IMG/VR virus record: IMGVR_UViG_2873337989_000001 | DNA from: an uncultured virus (IMG/VR IMGVR_UViG_2873337989_000001) | Taxonomy: Duplodnaviria; Heunggongvirae; Uroviricota; Caudoviricetes | Length of the DNA: 64,000 bases | Direction: 5' to 3' (one strand) | Shown: positions 1 through 9,889 of the stretch, in pieces | Position numbering within the stretch: position 1 is the first letter of the stretch | How the letters are laid out: each line of letters starts with the position of its first letter | Notes under the pieces: model-generated | Database searches by the model: none | Told to the model about the DNA's origin: nothing | What the model saw: the letters and a program-made list of their open reading frames with translations, nothing else | Position numbers and translations under genes: made by a program

Positions 1-1
1 G

Positions 2-286
2 GCCGCAGCCGCCGTCTGCGTCGGCCCGCCGAGCCCCATCATGCCGTCGCTGGCCACGCCCTGGGACGGCTTCGACGCGCTGCTGGTCGAGGTCCTGATG
101 GGCCGCTCGGTCGGCCACCCGGGGTGGGACGCGATGGCCGGGGTGCTGGCCAGCTACCGGCAGTGGAAGAGCGGCGAGCGGACCCGCGCCCTGGATCGGG
201 CCCACCAGATCGCCGGGCCGCTCGGCCAGGCGCTCCAGGCCTGGTACGAGGTCCTCCAGCAGCGTGCCGCGGAGGTGACCCGGTGA
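2..286 (+). CDS. 5'-truncated protein; possibly the C-terminus of a thymidylate synthase-like enzyme
   Basis: Frame is open from the window edge and its stop overlaps the next GTG (GTGA 283-286). The family guess rests only on recalled gene order in similar actinomycete clusters; no catalytic motif is visible. Confidence 0.4.
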   Translation, partial: AAAAVCVGPPSPIMPSLATPWDGFDALLVEVLMGRSVGHPGWDAMAGVLASYRQWKSGERTRALDRAHQIAGPLGQALQAWYEVLQQRAAEVTR

Positions 287-2025
287 GCCCGCTGGAGCCC
301 GCGCCAAGGGCCCGGCCGGACGTGGTGCTTGGTCTGTGCTCCTTCACCCACGATTCGGCCGCCGCGCTGCTGGTCGACGGTGAGCTCGTCGGCTTCGTCG
401 AGGAGGAGCGGCTGTCGCAGGTCAAGCACACCCGCGCCTACCCCGAGCAGGCGGTCGCCTGGCTGCTGCAGGAGAGCGGGCTCACGGCCGAGCAGGTGGA
501 CACGGTCGCCTACAACTTCCACGGCCCGCGCTATCTGGCAGACCTGGCCACGCTGCCGGCGCTGCTGGCCCATCCTGCCTCCAGCGATCGCGCGCTGCCC
601 CGCGCGGTCAGTTTCGCCAAGGTCGGCGTGCGGACCTTGCGCCGAGCCCGGGGCCTGAAGCGGCGCTTCCCGCACGCCCGCGTCCGGCCGCTTCAGCACC
701 ATCGCACCCACCAGATGTACGCCTTCGCCGCCTCCGGCTGGGAACGCGCGGCGGTCGTCATCGCCGACAGCCTCGGCGAGACCCAGACCACCACCATCGC
801 CGCCGCACGCCTGGTCGAGCCTGGACGCCCCGCGCTGGGCACCGTGCTGGCGCTGCGTGATCCGGGCTCGCTCGGCTACGCCTACGGGGCGGTCACCGAG
901 CACCTGGGGTGGCGGCGCGGCGATGAAGAGGGCACGGTGATGGCGCTGGCTGCCCTTGGCGACCCGGCACGCTTCCGTGCCCTGTTCGAGCGGATCATTC
1001 CGATCACGCCGAACGGGTTCGTCCTGCATCCGGCCTACTTCGCGCCGCGTGTGCTCTCGTCTGCCTACGCCCGGCTGCGGCCGCGCTTCGGCGCGGCTAC
1101 CTGCCCGCGCCGCCGCCCACACGAGCCGATCACCGACGTGCACCGCGACCTGGCCGCCGCCCTACAGGAACGCACCGAGCAGGTCATGCTGCACCTGGCC
1201 CGGCTCGCCCGCGACCGCACCGGGGAGCGGCGGTTGTGCGTCGGCGGCGGGGTGGCCACCAACTGCGTCGCGATCGGCAAGATCATCGAAGCGGGCCTGT
1301 TCGAGGAGGTGTTCGTGCCGCCTGCGCCCGGCGACGCAGGCACCGCGATCGGCGCGGCCGCGGCCGCGCACATCGACGCGAGCGCCCGCCCGCTGGCGGG
1401 CATCGCCGGCGCCTGCTACCTGGGCCCGGATTTCGGCGGCCACCCGCTCGACCTGACCCCGTGGCCGTCCCTGGCAGAGAAACCCGTCGACGGCGACGCG
1501 GCGGACTTCCTGGCCGACCAGCTCGCCGCCGGGCTCATCGTCGGCTTGTTCCACGGCCGCATCGAGGCGGGCCCGCGCGCGCTAGGCAACCGGTCGATCC
1601 TCGCCTCGCCGCTGCAGCCGGACGTGGTCGCGCGGCTGAACGACTCGGTGAAGTTCCGCGAGCCGTTCCGGCCGTTCGCGCCCATGGTGCTGGCCGAGCA
1701 CGCCGCCGACTACTTCACCCTCGGCCAGGACGCCCCGTTCATGTCGATGGCCTCCGGCGTGACCGACCTGGCCCGCACGGTGATCCCCACCGTGATCCAC
1801 GCCAACGACACCGCCCGCCTGCAGACCGTCACCAAGGACGGCAACCCGTTCGTCCACGCCGTCCTGACCGCGTTCACCCGCCGTACCGGCGTCCCGGTCC
1901 TGATCAACACCTCCCTCAACGTCAAGGGCAAGCCGATCTGCGGCACCCCCGCCATGGCGCTGGACTGCCTGGCGACAAGCGGCCTGGACGCGCTGCTGCT
2001 GGACGGGCGGTGGATCACCAAGTGA
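283..2025 (+). CDS. carbamoyltransferase (CmcH/NodU family)
   Basis: Motifs HDSAAAL, EEERLS, GDEEGTVMALAA, GGVATN, PAPGDAG, EAGPRALGNRSILA, KFREPFRPFAP, NTSLNVKGKPI. GTG start coupled to the upstream stop. Confidence 0.93.
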   Translation: MSPLEPAPRARPDVVLGLCSFTHDSAAALLVDGELVGFVEEERLSQVKHTRAYPEQAVAWLLQESGLTAEQVDTVAYNFHGPRYLADLATLPALLAHPASSDRALPRAVSFAKVGVRTLRRARGLKRRFPHARVRPLQHHRTHQMYAFAASGWERAAVVIADSLGETQTTTIAAARLVEPGRPALGTVLALRDPGSLGYAYGAVTEHLGWRRGDEEGTVMALAALGDPARFRALFERIIPITPNGFVLHPAYFAPRVLSSAYARLRPRFGAATCPRRRPHEPITDVHRDLAAALQERTEQVMLHLARLARDRTGERRLCVGGGVATNCVAIGKIIEAGLFEEVFVPPAPGDAGTAIGAAAAAHIDASARPLAGIAGACYLGPDFGGHPLDLTPWPSLAEKPVDGDAADFLADQLAAGLIVGLFHGRIEAGPRALGNRSILASPLQPDVVARLNDSVKFREPFRPFAPMVLAEHAADYFTLGQDAPFMSMASGVTDLARTVIPTVIHANDTARLQTVTKDGNPFVHAVLTAFTRRTGVPVLINTSLNVKGKPICGTPAMALDCLATSGLDALLLDGRWITK

Positions 2026-3077
2026 AGATCGGCTACAGCTTCTGGGGGTTCATCGGCCCCGGCATCACCGACACGCCGGACGGCGGCCGCAGCCACCGCC
2101 GCCCCTTCGTCGACGGCATCCGCTCAGCAGGCCACGAGCTGGTGTTCCTCCAGCCCGACCGGGACCTGGCCGAAGCAGGCGACCCCGTCGCCACCCGCTA
2201 TCTCTTCGACGCGGGCCTGCCCGACCTGGACGTGCTGTTCCTCGAATGGCGCTGGCCCATCCCCGACCGCAACACCACCCCGTGCGGCACGCCCGGCCAC
2301 ACCTGCGATCTGCACCGGCAGAGCGACCTGGTCGACCACTACACCCACGGCCTCGGGCTGCCGACGATCATCTGGGACAAGGACCGGCAACTGCCCGCGA
2401 ACTCCCCGCTACGGCATCACCGCGGCGTCGTCGTCTGCGAAGCCGCCGTTGCCCCCACTCCCGGAGCGGCCACCCTGCTGTTCCCTGCGGACGATGCTGT
2501 GCTGGATGCGGCCGACCCCGCCGAGCTGGCCGCACGCAAGCGGCCGTATCCGCTGTGCTACGTAGGCAACCAGTACGACCGCGATGAGGCGTTCGAGGAG
2601 TTCTTCGTGCCCGCCGCGGCCCGCCTGCCCCATCGAGTCGCCGGGAAGTGGCCGAACACCAGCCGCTGGCCGCAGGTCTGTTTCCTGGGCCGCGTGCCCT
2701 TCGCCGAGGTCAGCCAGATCTACCACGAGAGCCTGGCCACCGTGCTGCTACTGCCCGACCGGTACGCCGTCACCGGGCAGATGACCCAGCGGATCTTCGA
2801 AGCCGTACTCGCGGGATGCCTGCCGCTCGCGCCAGCCACCATCGCGCACGCCACCGAGTTCGTGCCCGAGTCCTTGATCGTGAGCAGCGGCGCCGACGTC
2901 ATCGCCAAGGCGCACGCGTTGTTCTCGCTCGCGGGTGGGCCCGTCCACCGCGAGCTGATCGGCGAGTGCCTGGCCAAGCTGGAGCTGTTCCGGCTCAGCC
3001 GCCAACTCCGCACCCTGGACCGCCTGCTGGCCGATCTCGCCGGCAGCAGCCGCGATCAGGTCGGAGCATGCTCATGA
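2022..3077 (+). CDS. GT-B fold glycosyltransferase-like protein (CgeB-like C-terminus)
   Basis: GTGA overlap; LCYVGNQY, MTQRIFEAVLAGCLPL resemble the GT-B donor-binding region. Confidence 0.65.
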   Translation: MKIGYSFWGFIGPGITDTPDGGRSHRRPFVDGIRSAGHELVFLQPDRDLAEAGDPVATRYLFDAGLPDLDVLFLEWRWPIPDRNTTPCGTPGHTCDLHRQSDLVDHYTHGLGLPTIIWDKDRQLPANSPLRHHRGVVVCEAAVAPTPGAATLLFPADDAVLDAADPAELAARKRPYPLCYVGNQYDRDEAFEEFFVPAAARLPHRVAGKWPNTSRWPQVCFLGRVPFAEVSQIYHESLATVLLLPDRYAVTGQMTQRIFEAVLAGCLPLAPATIAHATEFVPESLIVSSGADVIAKAHALFSLAGGPVHRELIGECLAKLELFRLSRQLRTLDRLLADLAGSSRDQVGACS

Positions 3078-3176
3078 CCACCTCGATCATCGCCTCGATC
3101 ACCGTCTGGATGGATGCGGCACCGGGCAGCCGTTCCACCTCTCCTTCCACCCACCCCGCCACTATCGTGGAGAACC

Positions 3177-3689
3177 ATGCAGATGAACCGGGTCGCTGTC
3201 GTCGGGTCGGGTGGAAGCGGCAAATCCCACCTGGCGCGCGAGCTCGGCCGTCTGCTGAACGCGCCGGTCACCCATTTGGACGCGGTCTTCTACGACGACG
3301 AGTGGAACGCGCTGCCACCGGAGAAGTTCGAGGCCGCCCAGCGCGAGCTCGTCGCGGCCCCGCGCTGGGTCATCGACGGCAACTACAACTCCTCCCTGCA
3401 CGTCAGGTTGGAGGCGTGCGACACCGTGGTGATGATGGACGTCTCCACTCCGGCCGCGCTGTGGGGCATCCTGTCGCGGCAGGCACGGCACGGCGCCGGC
3501 CAGCACGCCCAGGGCGTCTACAACCGCATCCACTGGGGAGTTGTCCGCTACGTCACCTCCTACCGGCGGAAGATGCGACCCCAGGTCGTGGCGAAGATCC
3601 ACCAGTACGCCGCCGGCAAGCAGGTGGTGTTCCTGACCAGCCGCGCCAAGACCAGGCGCTGGCTGGAGCAGCTGGCCGCCACCCGATAA
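3177..3689 (+). CDS. P-loop nucleotide kinase-like protein (adenylate kinase / 'topology modulation' family)
   Basis: Walker A GSGGSGKS, HLDAVFY, WVIDGNY. Confidence 0.85.
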   Translation: MQMNRVAVVGSGGSGKSHLARELGRLLNAPVTHLDAVFYDDEWNALPPEKFEAAQRELVAAPRWVIDGNYNSSLHVRLEACDTVVMMDVSTPAALWGILSRQARHGAGQHAQGVYNRIHWGVVRYVTSYRRKMRPQVVAKIHQYAAGKQVVFLTSRAKTRRWLEQLAATR

Positions 3690-3723
3690 CCAGCCGAACC
3701 CACAGTCGCGGGGCGGGCTGCCC

Positions 3724-4578
3724 ATGACCGTGAACGGCAACGCCTTCACCAACCCGGCCACGACCGCCGACCTGTACCGCGACGACACCCGGCTGGCCAC
3801 CCGCACCTCCGCGCTGCACCAGGCCAAGACCTGCGGACGGCCCGTCGCCCAGGTGATCGCCGACCTCGCCCTGGAGCACCTCGGCGCACCCGCCGATGCC
3901 ACCGTCGCCGACGTCGGCTGTGGCCGGGGCACCAGCAGCCGCGTCCTCATCGAACGGCTGCAGCCGCGCGCCCTGCTGCTGGTCGACGCCTCGGCGGCGA
4001 TGCTGGCCGCCGCCCGAACCAGAGTCGAGCCCGCCTGGCCAGCCGCCGCCCGGACCGCAGTGGCTTACCTGCGCGCCGACTTTCACGCCCTCCCGCTCCC
4101 AGAGGCCTCCTGCGACCTCGTGGTGGCGGCCTTCTGCCTCTATCACGCCCCCGACCCCCGCCCGGTCATCGCCGAACTCGGCCGGACGCTCACGCCCGGC
4201 GGCACCGCGATCTTGGTGACCAAGTCCGCCGATAGCTACCACGCCCTCGACCAGCTGCTCGCCGCCACTGGCCTCGACCCTCGCGCGGCCGAGCGGCCCA
4301 GCCTGTACGCCAGCGCCCACAGCGGCAACCTGCCCGACCTGGTCGCGCCCATCATCCCCCTCATCCGCGTCGAGCATGAGCAGCACGAGTTCGTCTTCGC
4401 GGGCCTGGACCACGTGGCTGCCTATCTGGCCACCAACCCGAAGTACTGCCTACCGCCCCCGCTGGCCGGGCACCCGGACGCGATCGCCGCGGCGTTGCGC
4501 CGCCACACACCCGAGCGTCCCGTGACAGCCGTCTCCACGATCGCCTACGTGGTCGCCACCCGAGGACAGAGCGCATGA
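3724..4578 (+). CDS. class I SAM-dependent methyltransferase
   Basis: VADVGCGRG motif I; ADFHALP; FCLYH; LTPGG. Confidence 0.88.
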   Translation: MTVNGNAFTNPATTADLYRDDTRLATRTSALHQAKTCGRPVAQVIADLALEHLGAPADATVADVGCGRGTSSRVLIERLQPRALLLVDASAAMLAAARTRVEPAWPAAARTAVAYLRADFHALPLPEASCDLVVAAFCLYHAPDPRPVIAELGRTLTPGGTAILVTKSADSYHALDQLLAATGLDPRAAERPSLYASAHSGNLPDLVAPIIPLIRVEHEQHEFVFAGLDHVAAYLATNPKYCLPPPLAGHPDAIAAALRRHTPERPVTAVSTIAYVVATRGQSA

Positions 4579-5330
4579 CCCCCGGCGTGTTCACCAAGCG
4601 CTACCCGAGCAGCCAGGCAGCCAGCCAGGCGGCCGCCCATCATGCCTGGCTGGCCGAGCATGCCCAGCCGTTCCGGCTGCCGCCGATCCTGGCCGTGCAC
4701 GCCTCCCGCATCGACTTCGGCTTCGTCGACGGCCGCCATGCCCAGGTCGGCGACACGCTCACGGTGGCCGCCGCCCTCGGCCGAGCGCACGCCGCGGCGT
4801 GGGCGAGCGACTTGCACCACGCGCGGCTGAACACCCCTCGCCCGTTGGCCAGCGGCCTTGACCTGGCCGACTTCGTAACCCCGCGCCTAGCAGCCCTGAA
4901 CCGCCGCCAGCAGACCGGCCATGCCACCGCCCAGCAGGTCGTCGCGCTGCTGCCCCTGCTGAGCCCGCACCCGGCCGCCCCGGTCGCCTTTTACAAGGAC
5001 ACCAATCCCCGCAACGTGCTCATCGGCGCCCGCGGCGAACCGGTCGTGATCGACCTCGACGACCTCACGCTCGCGCCGTTCGGCTACGACCTGGCCAAGC
5101 TGCTCCTCACCCTGGCCATGAGCCACGGCCGTCTGCCGACCGGTACCTTCACCGCCGCGCTGGCCAGCTACAACCAGCCGCTCACCGCCGCCGACCTGAC
5201 GCCGGTCACGCTCGCCCAGCTGCTCGACTACGCCGAGCTCCACCACCTGCTCACCCTGCCCTATTTGGGCCGGGGCGGTTACCGATATCCCTGGCCCGCC
5301 GTCCGTCCCGCTTCGGAGGATCTGCTGTGA
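4575..5330 (+). CDS. phosphotransferase (APH/kinase-like fold)
   Basis: KDTNPRNVL and VIDLDD resemble Brenner/DFG-type motifs; ATGA coupling. Confidence 0.7.
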   Translation: MTPGVFTKRYPSSQAASQAAAHHAWLAEHAQPFRLPPILAVHASRIDFGFVDGRHAQVGDTLTVAAALGRAHAAAWASDLHHARLNTPRPLASGLDLADFVTPRLAALNRRQQTGHATAQQVVALLPLLSPHPAAPVAFYKDTNPRNVLIGARGEPVVIDLDDLTLAPFGYDLAKLLLTLAMSHGRLPTGTFTAALASYNQPLTAADLTPVTLAQLLDYAELHHLLTLPYLGRGGYRYPWPAVRPASEDLL

Positions 5331-5974
5331 TCGTCACCGAACTGCTCTTCGTCCGGCACGGCCAGGCCCAATGCAACGCTGACGGCGTCGTCGGCGGCCC
5401 CCGTACCTGCACAGGCCTGACCGACCTCGGCCGCCGCCAGGTGACCCTGGCCGCCGACCGCCTGGCCGCAGCCCACCGCGCCCACCCCTTCACCCACCTG
5501 TACGCAGGGCCCCGCCAGCGGCTGCGCGAGAGCGGACAGATCCTCGCCGACGCGCTCGGCCTGCCGCTGATCATTGGCAACACGTTGGACGGCCCCCGGC
5601 ACGGCGACGCGGACGGCAAGCCGTGGTACGAGGTCAAGACCGCGTTCCGCGGCGGCCCCCACGCCCACCCCGACCAGCCGTGGGCACCAGGCTCCGACAC
5701 CTGGAACGGCTACCTCCAGCGAGCTGGCACCGTCGTGGCCAGCCTGATCCGCGACCACCAGGGGGCGCGGGTGCTGCTGGCCGCGCACGGCGAAACTGTC
5801 CTCGCCGCGCACACCCTCCTCCTGCACCTGCCGCCCGGCCTCACCGCGGGCTTCACCGTCGACCACGCCTCCATCACTCACTGGCAGCTGCACCGCAACC
5901 GCTTCAACGACGAGCGCTGGATGCTCCACTCCCACAACGACACCGCTCACCTGGCCGCCCTGGAGGCCTCGTGA
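5327..5974 (+). CDS. histidine phosphatase family protein
   Basis: FVRHGQ catalytic motif, AAHGE, NDTAHL. Confidence 0.9.
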   Translation: MIVTELLFVRHGQAQCNADGVVGGPRTCTGLTDLGRRQVTLAADRLAAAHRAHPFTHLYAGPRQRLRESGQILADALGLPLIIGNTLDGPRHGDADGKPWYEVKTAFRGGPHAHPDQPWAPGSDTWNGYLQRAGTVVASLIRDHQGARVLLAAHGETVLAAHTLLLHLPPGLTAGFTVDHASITHWQLHRNRFNDERWMLHSHNDTAHLAALEAS

Positions 5975-6813
5975 TCACCCTCGAGGACGACCTGCTCCCG
6001 CTCGCCCGCCAGCATCTCGGCCCGATCACTGTCTTAAGCCGTGCCGATCTGCCACCCCACCTGCGACTGCTGGAAGGCGCCGACGGGCAGCGCTACATCC
6101 TCAAGCACCACAGCAACCCCGACCGATTCGAGGCCGAGGCGCGCGCCTACAGCACGTGGGTGCCTGCCCTCGGCGAGCACGCTCCCCACCTGATCGCCGC
6201 CGAGCCGGCCAGCCGGTGCCTGCTGCTGACCGCCGTCCCCGGTCGGCGCGTCACCCAGCTGCCGGCCGGGTCACCGGCCGAGCGGCACGCTCACCACGCG
6301 GCCGGTCACGTCCTTCGGCTGCTCCACCAAGCCGCGCCCGGCCCGCACCCGAGCCCACAGGTCTCCTCCTACCTGGCCGAACGGATGCGCTGGTGGGCGG
6401 CCCGAGCCCACCTGGCCACCCTCATCACCGCCAGCGAGCTCCACGTGCTGCACCGCCGCGCCGACGTCCTCGCCGACACCACCGTCGACAGCGCGATCTG
6501 CCATCTGGACTACCAGCCACGCAACTGGATCTTCACCCCCGGCTGGGGCATGAGCGTGCTCGACTTCGAGCACACCCGGCTCGACGCACGCATCCGCGAC
6601 TTCGCCCGGCTCCACCACCGCCACTGGCGACGCACACCCGCCCTGCGCGAGACGTTCTCCGACGGCTACGGCCACCACCCCACCCCCGACGAACAAGAGC
6701 TCCTCGATCGCTTCGACGCTCTGGAAGCCGTCACTGCACTGGTACGCGGCTACCAGAGCAACGATGCCGAACTCATGGCCCACGGCCGGTCGCTGCTCAC
6801 CCACCTACGCTGA
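5971..6813 (+). CDS. aminoglycoside phosphotransferase family protein
   Basis: CHLDYQPRNW and VLDFE motifs; GTGA coupling at 5971. Confidence 0.82.
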   Translation: MITLEDDLLPLARQHLGPITVLSRADLPPHLRLLEGADGQRYILKHHSNPDRFEAEARAYSTWVPALGEHAPHLIAAEPASRCLLLTAVPGRRVTQLPAGSPAERHAHHAAGHVLRLLHQAAPGPHPSPQVSSYLAERMRWWAARAHLATLITASELHVLHRRADVLADTTVDSAICHLDYQPRNWIFTPGWGMSVLDFEHTRLDARIRDFARLHHRHWRRTPALRETFSDGYGHHPTPDEQELLDRFDALEAVTALVRGYQSNDAELMAHGRSLLTHLR

Positions 6814-6827
6814 CCCGGAGGATCCTC

Positions 6828-7832
6828 ATGCACTCGACGGCCCCTCTCGCCATCGCCCGTGCCCTGCCGACGCGTGCCGTCGTCACCGGTGCCGCCGGAT
6901 TCCTCGGCTCGCACCTGTGCCAGGCACTGCTGGCTCAGGGCGTCGACGTGGTTGGCGTCGACCGGCGCGACCCCGAAACCCACCGAACCGCCGCCCTCAA
7001 CTTGGCCGCCATCCGGCACGACCCCCGCTTCATCTTCGTGACCGGCGACCTGCGCGCCTGCGCCATCGAACCGCTCCTGCCCGGCGCCGAAGTCGTCTTC
7101 CACCTCGCAGGCATCCCCGGCGTTCACCCCTCCTGGGGAGCCGACTTCGACGACTACGTGGCCTGCAACATCAGCGCCACCCAGCGCCTCATGCACGCCG
7201 TCACCCGTCTGCGCGTCCCCCGCCTTGTCGTCGCCTCCTCCTCCAGCGTGTACGGCTCCGCCAACGGTCGCCCCAGCAGCGAAACCGACCACCCCCGCCC
7301 CGCCTCGCCGTACGCGGTGACCAAGCTCGCCGAAGAACAACTGTGCCTCGCCCACGCGGCACGCCCCGAATGCGACACCACCGTGGTTGCCCTGCGCTAC
7401 TTCACCGTCTACGGACCGCGCCAGCGAGAGGACATGTTCATCCAGCGACTCCTGACCGCCGCCACGACCGGCCAAGCCGTGACCCTCTACGGAAACGGCA
7501 AGCAGACACGCGACTTCACCTACGTCGACGACGCCATCGCAGCCACCATCGCCGCAGGCAGCGTCCGCTTGTCTCACTGCGTGATCAACGTCGGTGGTGG
7601 TGGCGGCACAGCGTTGCACGATGTCATCGACCAAGCTCAACGGCTCACTCACCGGAAGATCTCCCTCAAATCCGAAAACGCGCGCAGCGGAGACGTAGCC
7701 GCTACCTGCGCCGACACGACCACAGCGCAGGGGACGCTGGGTTGGACACCGGCGACACGCCTCGAAGAGGGCATGAGCGCACAGTTGAACTGGATGGCCT
7801 CTCGGCGCAGCGCTTCCATCGCACGGGTTTAG
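6828..7832 (+). CDS. NAD-dependent epimerase/dehydratase
   Basis: TGAAGFLG, SSSSVYG, YAVTK, RYFTVYGP, RDFTYVDD; GGAGG RBS. Confidence 0.93.
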   Translation: MHSTAPLAIARALPTRAVVTGAAGFLGSHLCQALLAQGVDVVGVDRRDPETHRTAALNLAAIRHDPRFIFVTGDLRACAIEPLLPGAEVVFHLAGIPGVHPSWGADFDDYVACNISATQRLMHAVTRLRVPRLVVASSSSVYGSANGRPSSETDHPRPASPYAVTKLAEEQLCLAHAARPECDTTVVALRYFTVYGPRQREDMFIQRLLTAATTGQAVTLYGNGKQTRDFTYVDDAIAATIAAGSVRLSHCVINVGGGGGTALHDVIDQAQRLTHRKISLKSENARSGDVAATCADTTTAQGTLGWTPATRLEEGMSAQLNWMASRRSASIARV

Positions 7833-7942
7833 GACAGCCGCTTACGGTCTTCGGGCTCCTTCGCCAGGGGCAGGTGTGGCGGCGTTCGTGGCACTTCAGG
7901 CCAGTCGTAGGATCGGCGCACAAACCGTGCCGACCTGGGGGA

Positions 7943-8224
7943 ATGATGGCTGACTTCGACCTGCCTTCTGATCTGGTGGAGCTCAAGCGGGAGTGGTTCG
8001 CAGTCGATGACCACTGCCGGAAGCTCGCCGGCGCGCTGCCTTCCAACGTGGCCGTGCTGGAGGGAAAGGCCGAACGCGATATGGAGGGTGAGGCAGCTCT
8101 GGCCGAGGCACGGGCCGAGCGGCTGCGGATCTTGGAACAGATCAACTCTCACCCGTGGTGGGAGGAGAAGGCGTCGGACCGGCATCAAGCGTGGATAGCG
8201 TTGGCCAAGGCCGCGCGGTCCTGA
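7943..8224 (+). CDS. hypothetical protein
   Basis: GGGGGA before ATG; normal globular composition (MADFDLPSDLVELKREW...). Confidence 0.7.
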   Translation: MMADFDLPSDLVELKREWFAVDDHCRKLAGALPSNVAVLEGKAERDMEGEAALAEARAERLRILEQINSHPWWEEKASDRHQAWIALAKAARS

Positions 8225-8794
8225 CGTAACTCATTCCGGGGTGAAACGAGTTCGTCGATGTGGAGCGGGGGGCTTGTCATGCCCGCTCAGCATCGACTAT
8301 GCGGGTCACAACAAGATCAACGCCGTTTGGGGCCTATGACAGCGTTCTTACCTGCACCCCGTGAAGGGAGACGCAGGGCGGGCAACGGCTCCCGATGGGT
8401 TCTTGAGCCGCTACCCGCCGCATCGCGTCTATCCCTGTCCAGCTCGCGGCGAAGGGTGGCCTGCCTCGTCGCAGGGCGAGCCTCGCCGGTGAGCCGTTCC
8501 CACACCGGGACAGCACAACAGGCCTTACCGTAAGGGCACATCGGACTATCCGTCACGGTTGGTTACGGCGTGTCGCCCTGGGAAGGCATCGTGCCGCCCC
8601 CCCGTTTCGTTCGGATGAGGACAGTCATGGTGTGCCATCTCGGCGGCGGTGCCGCCATGGCCGGCAGGTCTTCATCGGCCGACATGCTGAGCCCGTCCGC
8701 CTCGAGGTAGCCGATGGAAGTCCAGAAGTGATGTCACGCGGGTCCGTTCCGATCGGAGCCAGGTAGAGGCTGCCACCGGTCATCAGGATCGCGG

Positions 8795-9271
8795 CTACGG
8801 TAGCCACTCCGTCCGGTGGTCGAGCCAGTCGAACCGGTACGGCGCGGCCATCATGCGCAGCGTTCGGCACGGGTAGCTGGCCGACCTGCACTCCCGGCAG
8901 TTCAACACCCGTGACGGAGCATGACCGTGGCCGTCGAAGATGATGAGTTCGATGGGCCCGTGCCAGCTCATCAGCGCGACGTCGGCCTCGGTGCGGTGGC
9001 CGACGAACGCCGGGTCGCCGGGGCGGGAAGCGTGGTGGCTGATCGCCTCGCGCAGCCACCGCGTGAACGCCGCAGCGGAGTCGATGACGTCGGCGGCCAG
9101 CGCGGGCACCTCGTAGACAGTGCCATGCTCGCGGCAGGATCGGCACTCGCCGTAACGAGGCCACTCGGCTTGCTCGGGCGGCCCCCACGAGGCAGGCGTG
9201 ACGGGGATCTGGTCGAGGGGGTCGCTGGTGTACCAGGAGCAGAACCGGCCGCCGTGCTGAACGAAAGGCAT
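8795..9271 (-). CDS. hypothetical Cys-rich protein
   Basis: CRSC and CREC...YPC motifs; TGATG coupling with the upstream gene. Confidence 0.65.
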   Translation of the reverse strand: MPFVQHGGRFCSWYTSDPLDQIPVTPASWGPPEQAEWPRYGECRSCREHGTVYEVPALAADVIDSAAAFTRWLREAISHHASRPGDPAFVGHRTEADVALMSWHGPIELIIFDGHGHAPSRVLNCRECRSASYPCRTLRMMAAPYRFDWLDHRTEWLP

Positions 9272-9597
9272 CAGCGGAGACCCCCTCTCGCGGCGAGCCG
9301 CTCCGCGACCACACGCTGGATATCCTCCAGCCCGCCGACGTCGACGGCCGCCACAGCGCGGCAGGGTTCAGCATCCAGGGGCGCCTCGTTCCAGCCGTAT
9401 CCGCACGAGGAGCAGCGGCGGAACATCCGCTCCGGCTGGGGGCCATCGACGCGCACGGCGGGATTCCACGGCAGGAAGATGGCGTCGCGCGCTGGCCGGT
9501 GCTCGGTGGTCGCGCCGCTCGCTCCGCACTTCGGGCAGTCGACGTCAGGGCCGCTGTAGGGCGGCAAGGTCGAGGCGCCAGCAGGGGGTTGGGTCAT
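9271..9597 (-). CDS. zinc-ribbon hypothetical protein
   Basis: CPKC...CSSC; GGAGAGG RBS; class-II promoter motif upstream. Confidence 0.65.
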   Translation of the reverse strand: MTQPPAGASTLPPYSGPDVDCPKCGASGATTEHRPARDAIFLPWNPAVRVDGPQPERMFRRCSSCGYGWNEAPLDAEPCRAVAAVDVGGLEDIQRVVAERLAARGGLR

Positions 9598-9626
9598 GCT
9601 CTGCTTCCTCTCCACGGTGGGAGAGG

Positions 9627-9655
9627 AAGCTAGGACATTCTGTTGCTAACGTCGC
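9627..9655 (-). promoter_or_regulatory. class-II (late-type) promoter motif
   Basis: GCGACGTTAGCA-N11-TAGCTT on the minus strand. Confidence 0.6.
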
Positions 9656-9664
9656 ATCCGCAGG

Positions 9665-9889
9665 TCAGGGCATGGGGACGGGCGTGCACGGCTCGTCGGC
9701 TGCGTCTTCGAACAGGCGCATGCATGCCCTGCAGTTCACGGTGAGCACGTCGATCTCCGTGCCTGCTGGCAGCTCGATCGCAGGCGCCTCGCCGAGGGCA
9801 GCGTTCGCGAGCATGTCCTGGATTTGCTCGGTGGATACCTGGAGGACGGTGGACGCCTGCCACTGATGCGTGGTCGTGTTTTCGGTCAT
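9665..9889 (-). CDS. hypothetical protein
   Basis: MTENTTTHQW...; CRAC motif; same orientation as neighbours. Confidence 0.55.
   Translation of the reverse strand: MTENTTTHQWQASTVLQVSTEQIQDMLANAALGEAPAIELPAGTEIDVLTVNCRACMRLFEDAADEPCTPVPMP

Noticed and set aside
1236..2021. N-terminal extension of the 613-aa ORF (likewise those of 5623..6813, 6156..7832, 6764..8224)
   Set aside because: Arg/Pro-rich off-frame overlap with upstream genes; true starts are at coupled GTG/ATG codons.
4575..6813. Aminoglycoside resistance genes
   Set aside because: Only the general kinase fold is supported, and the genes are embedded in a biosynthetic-type operon.
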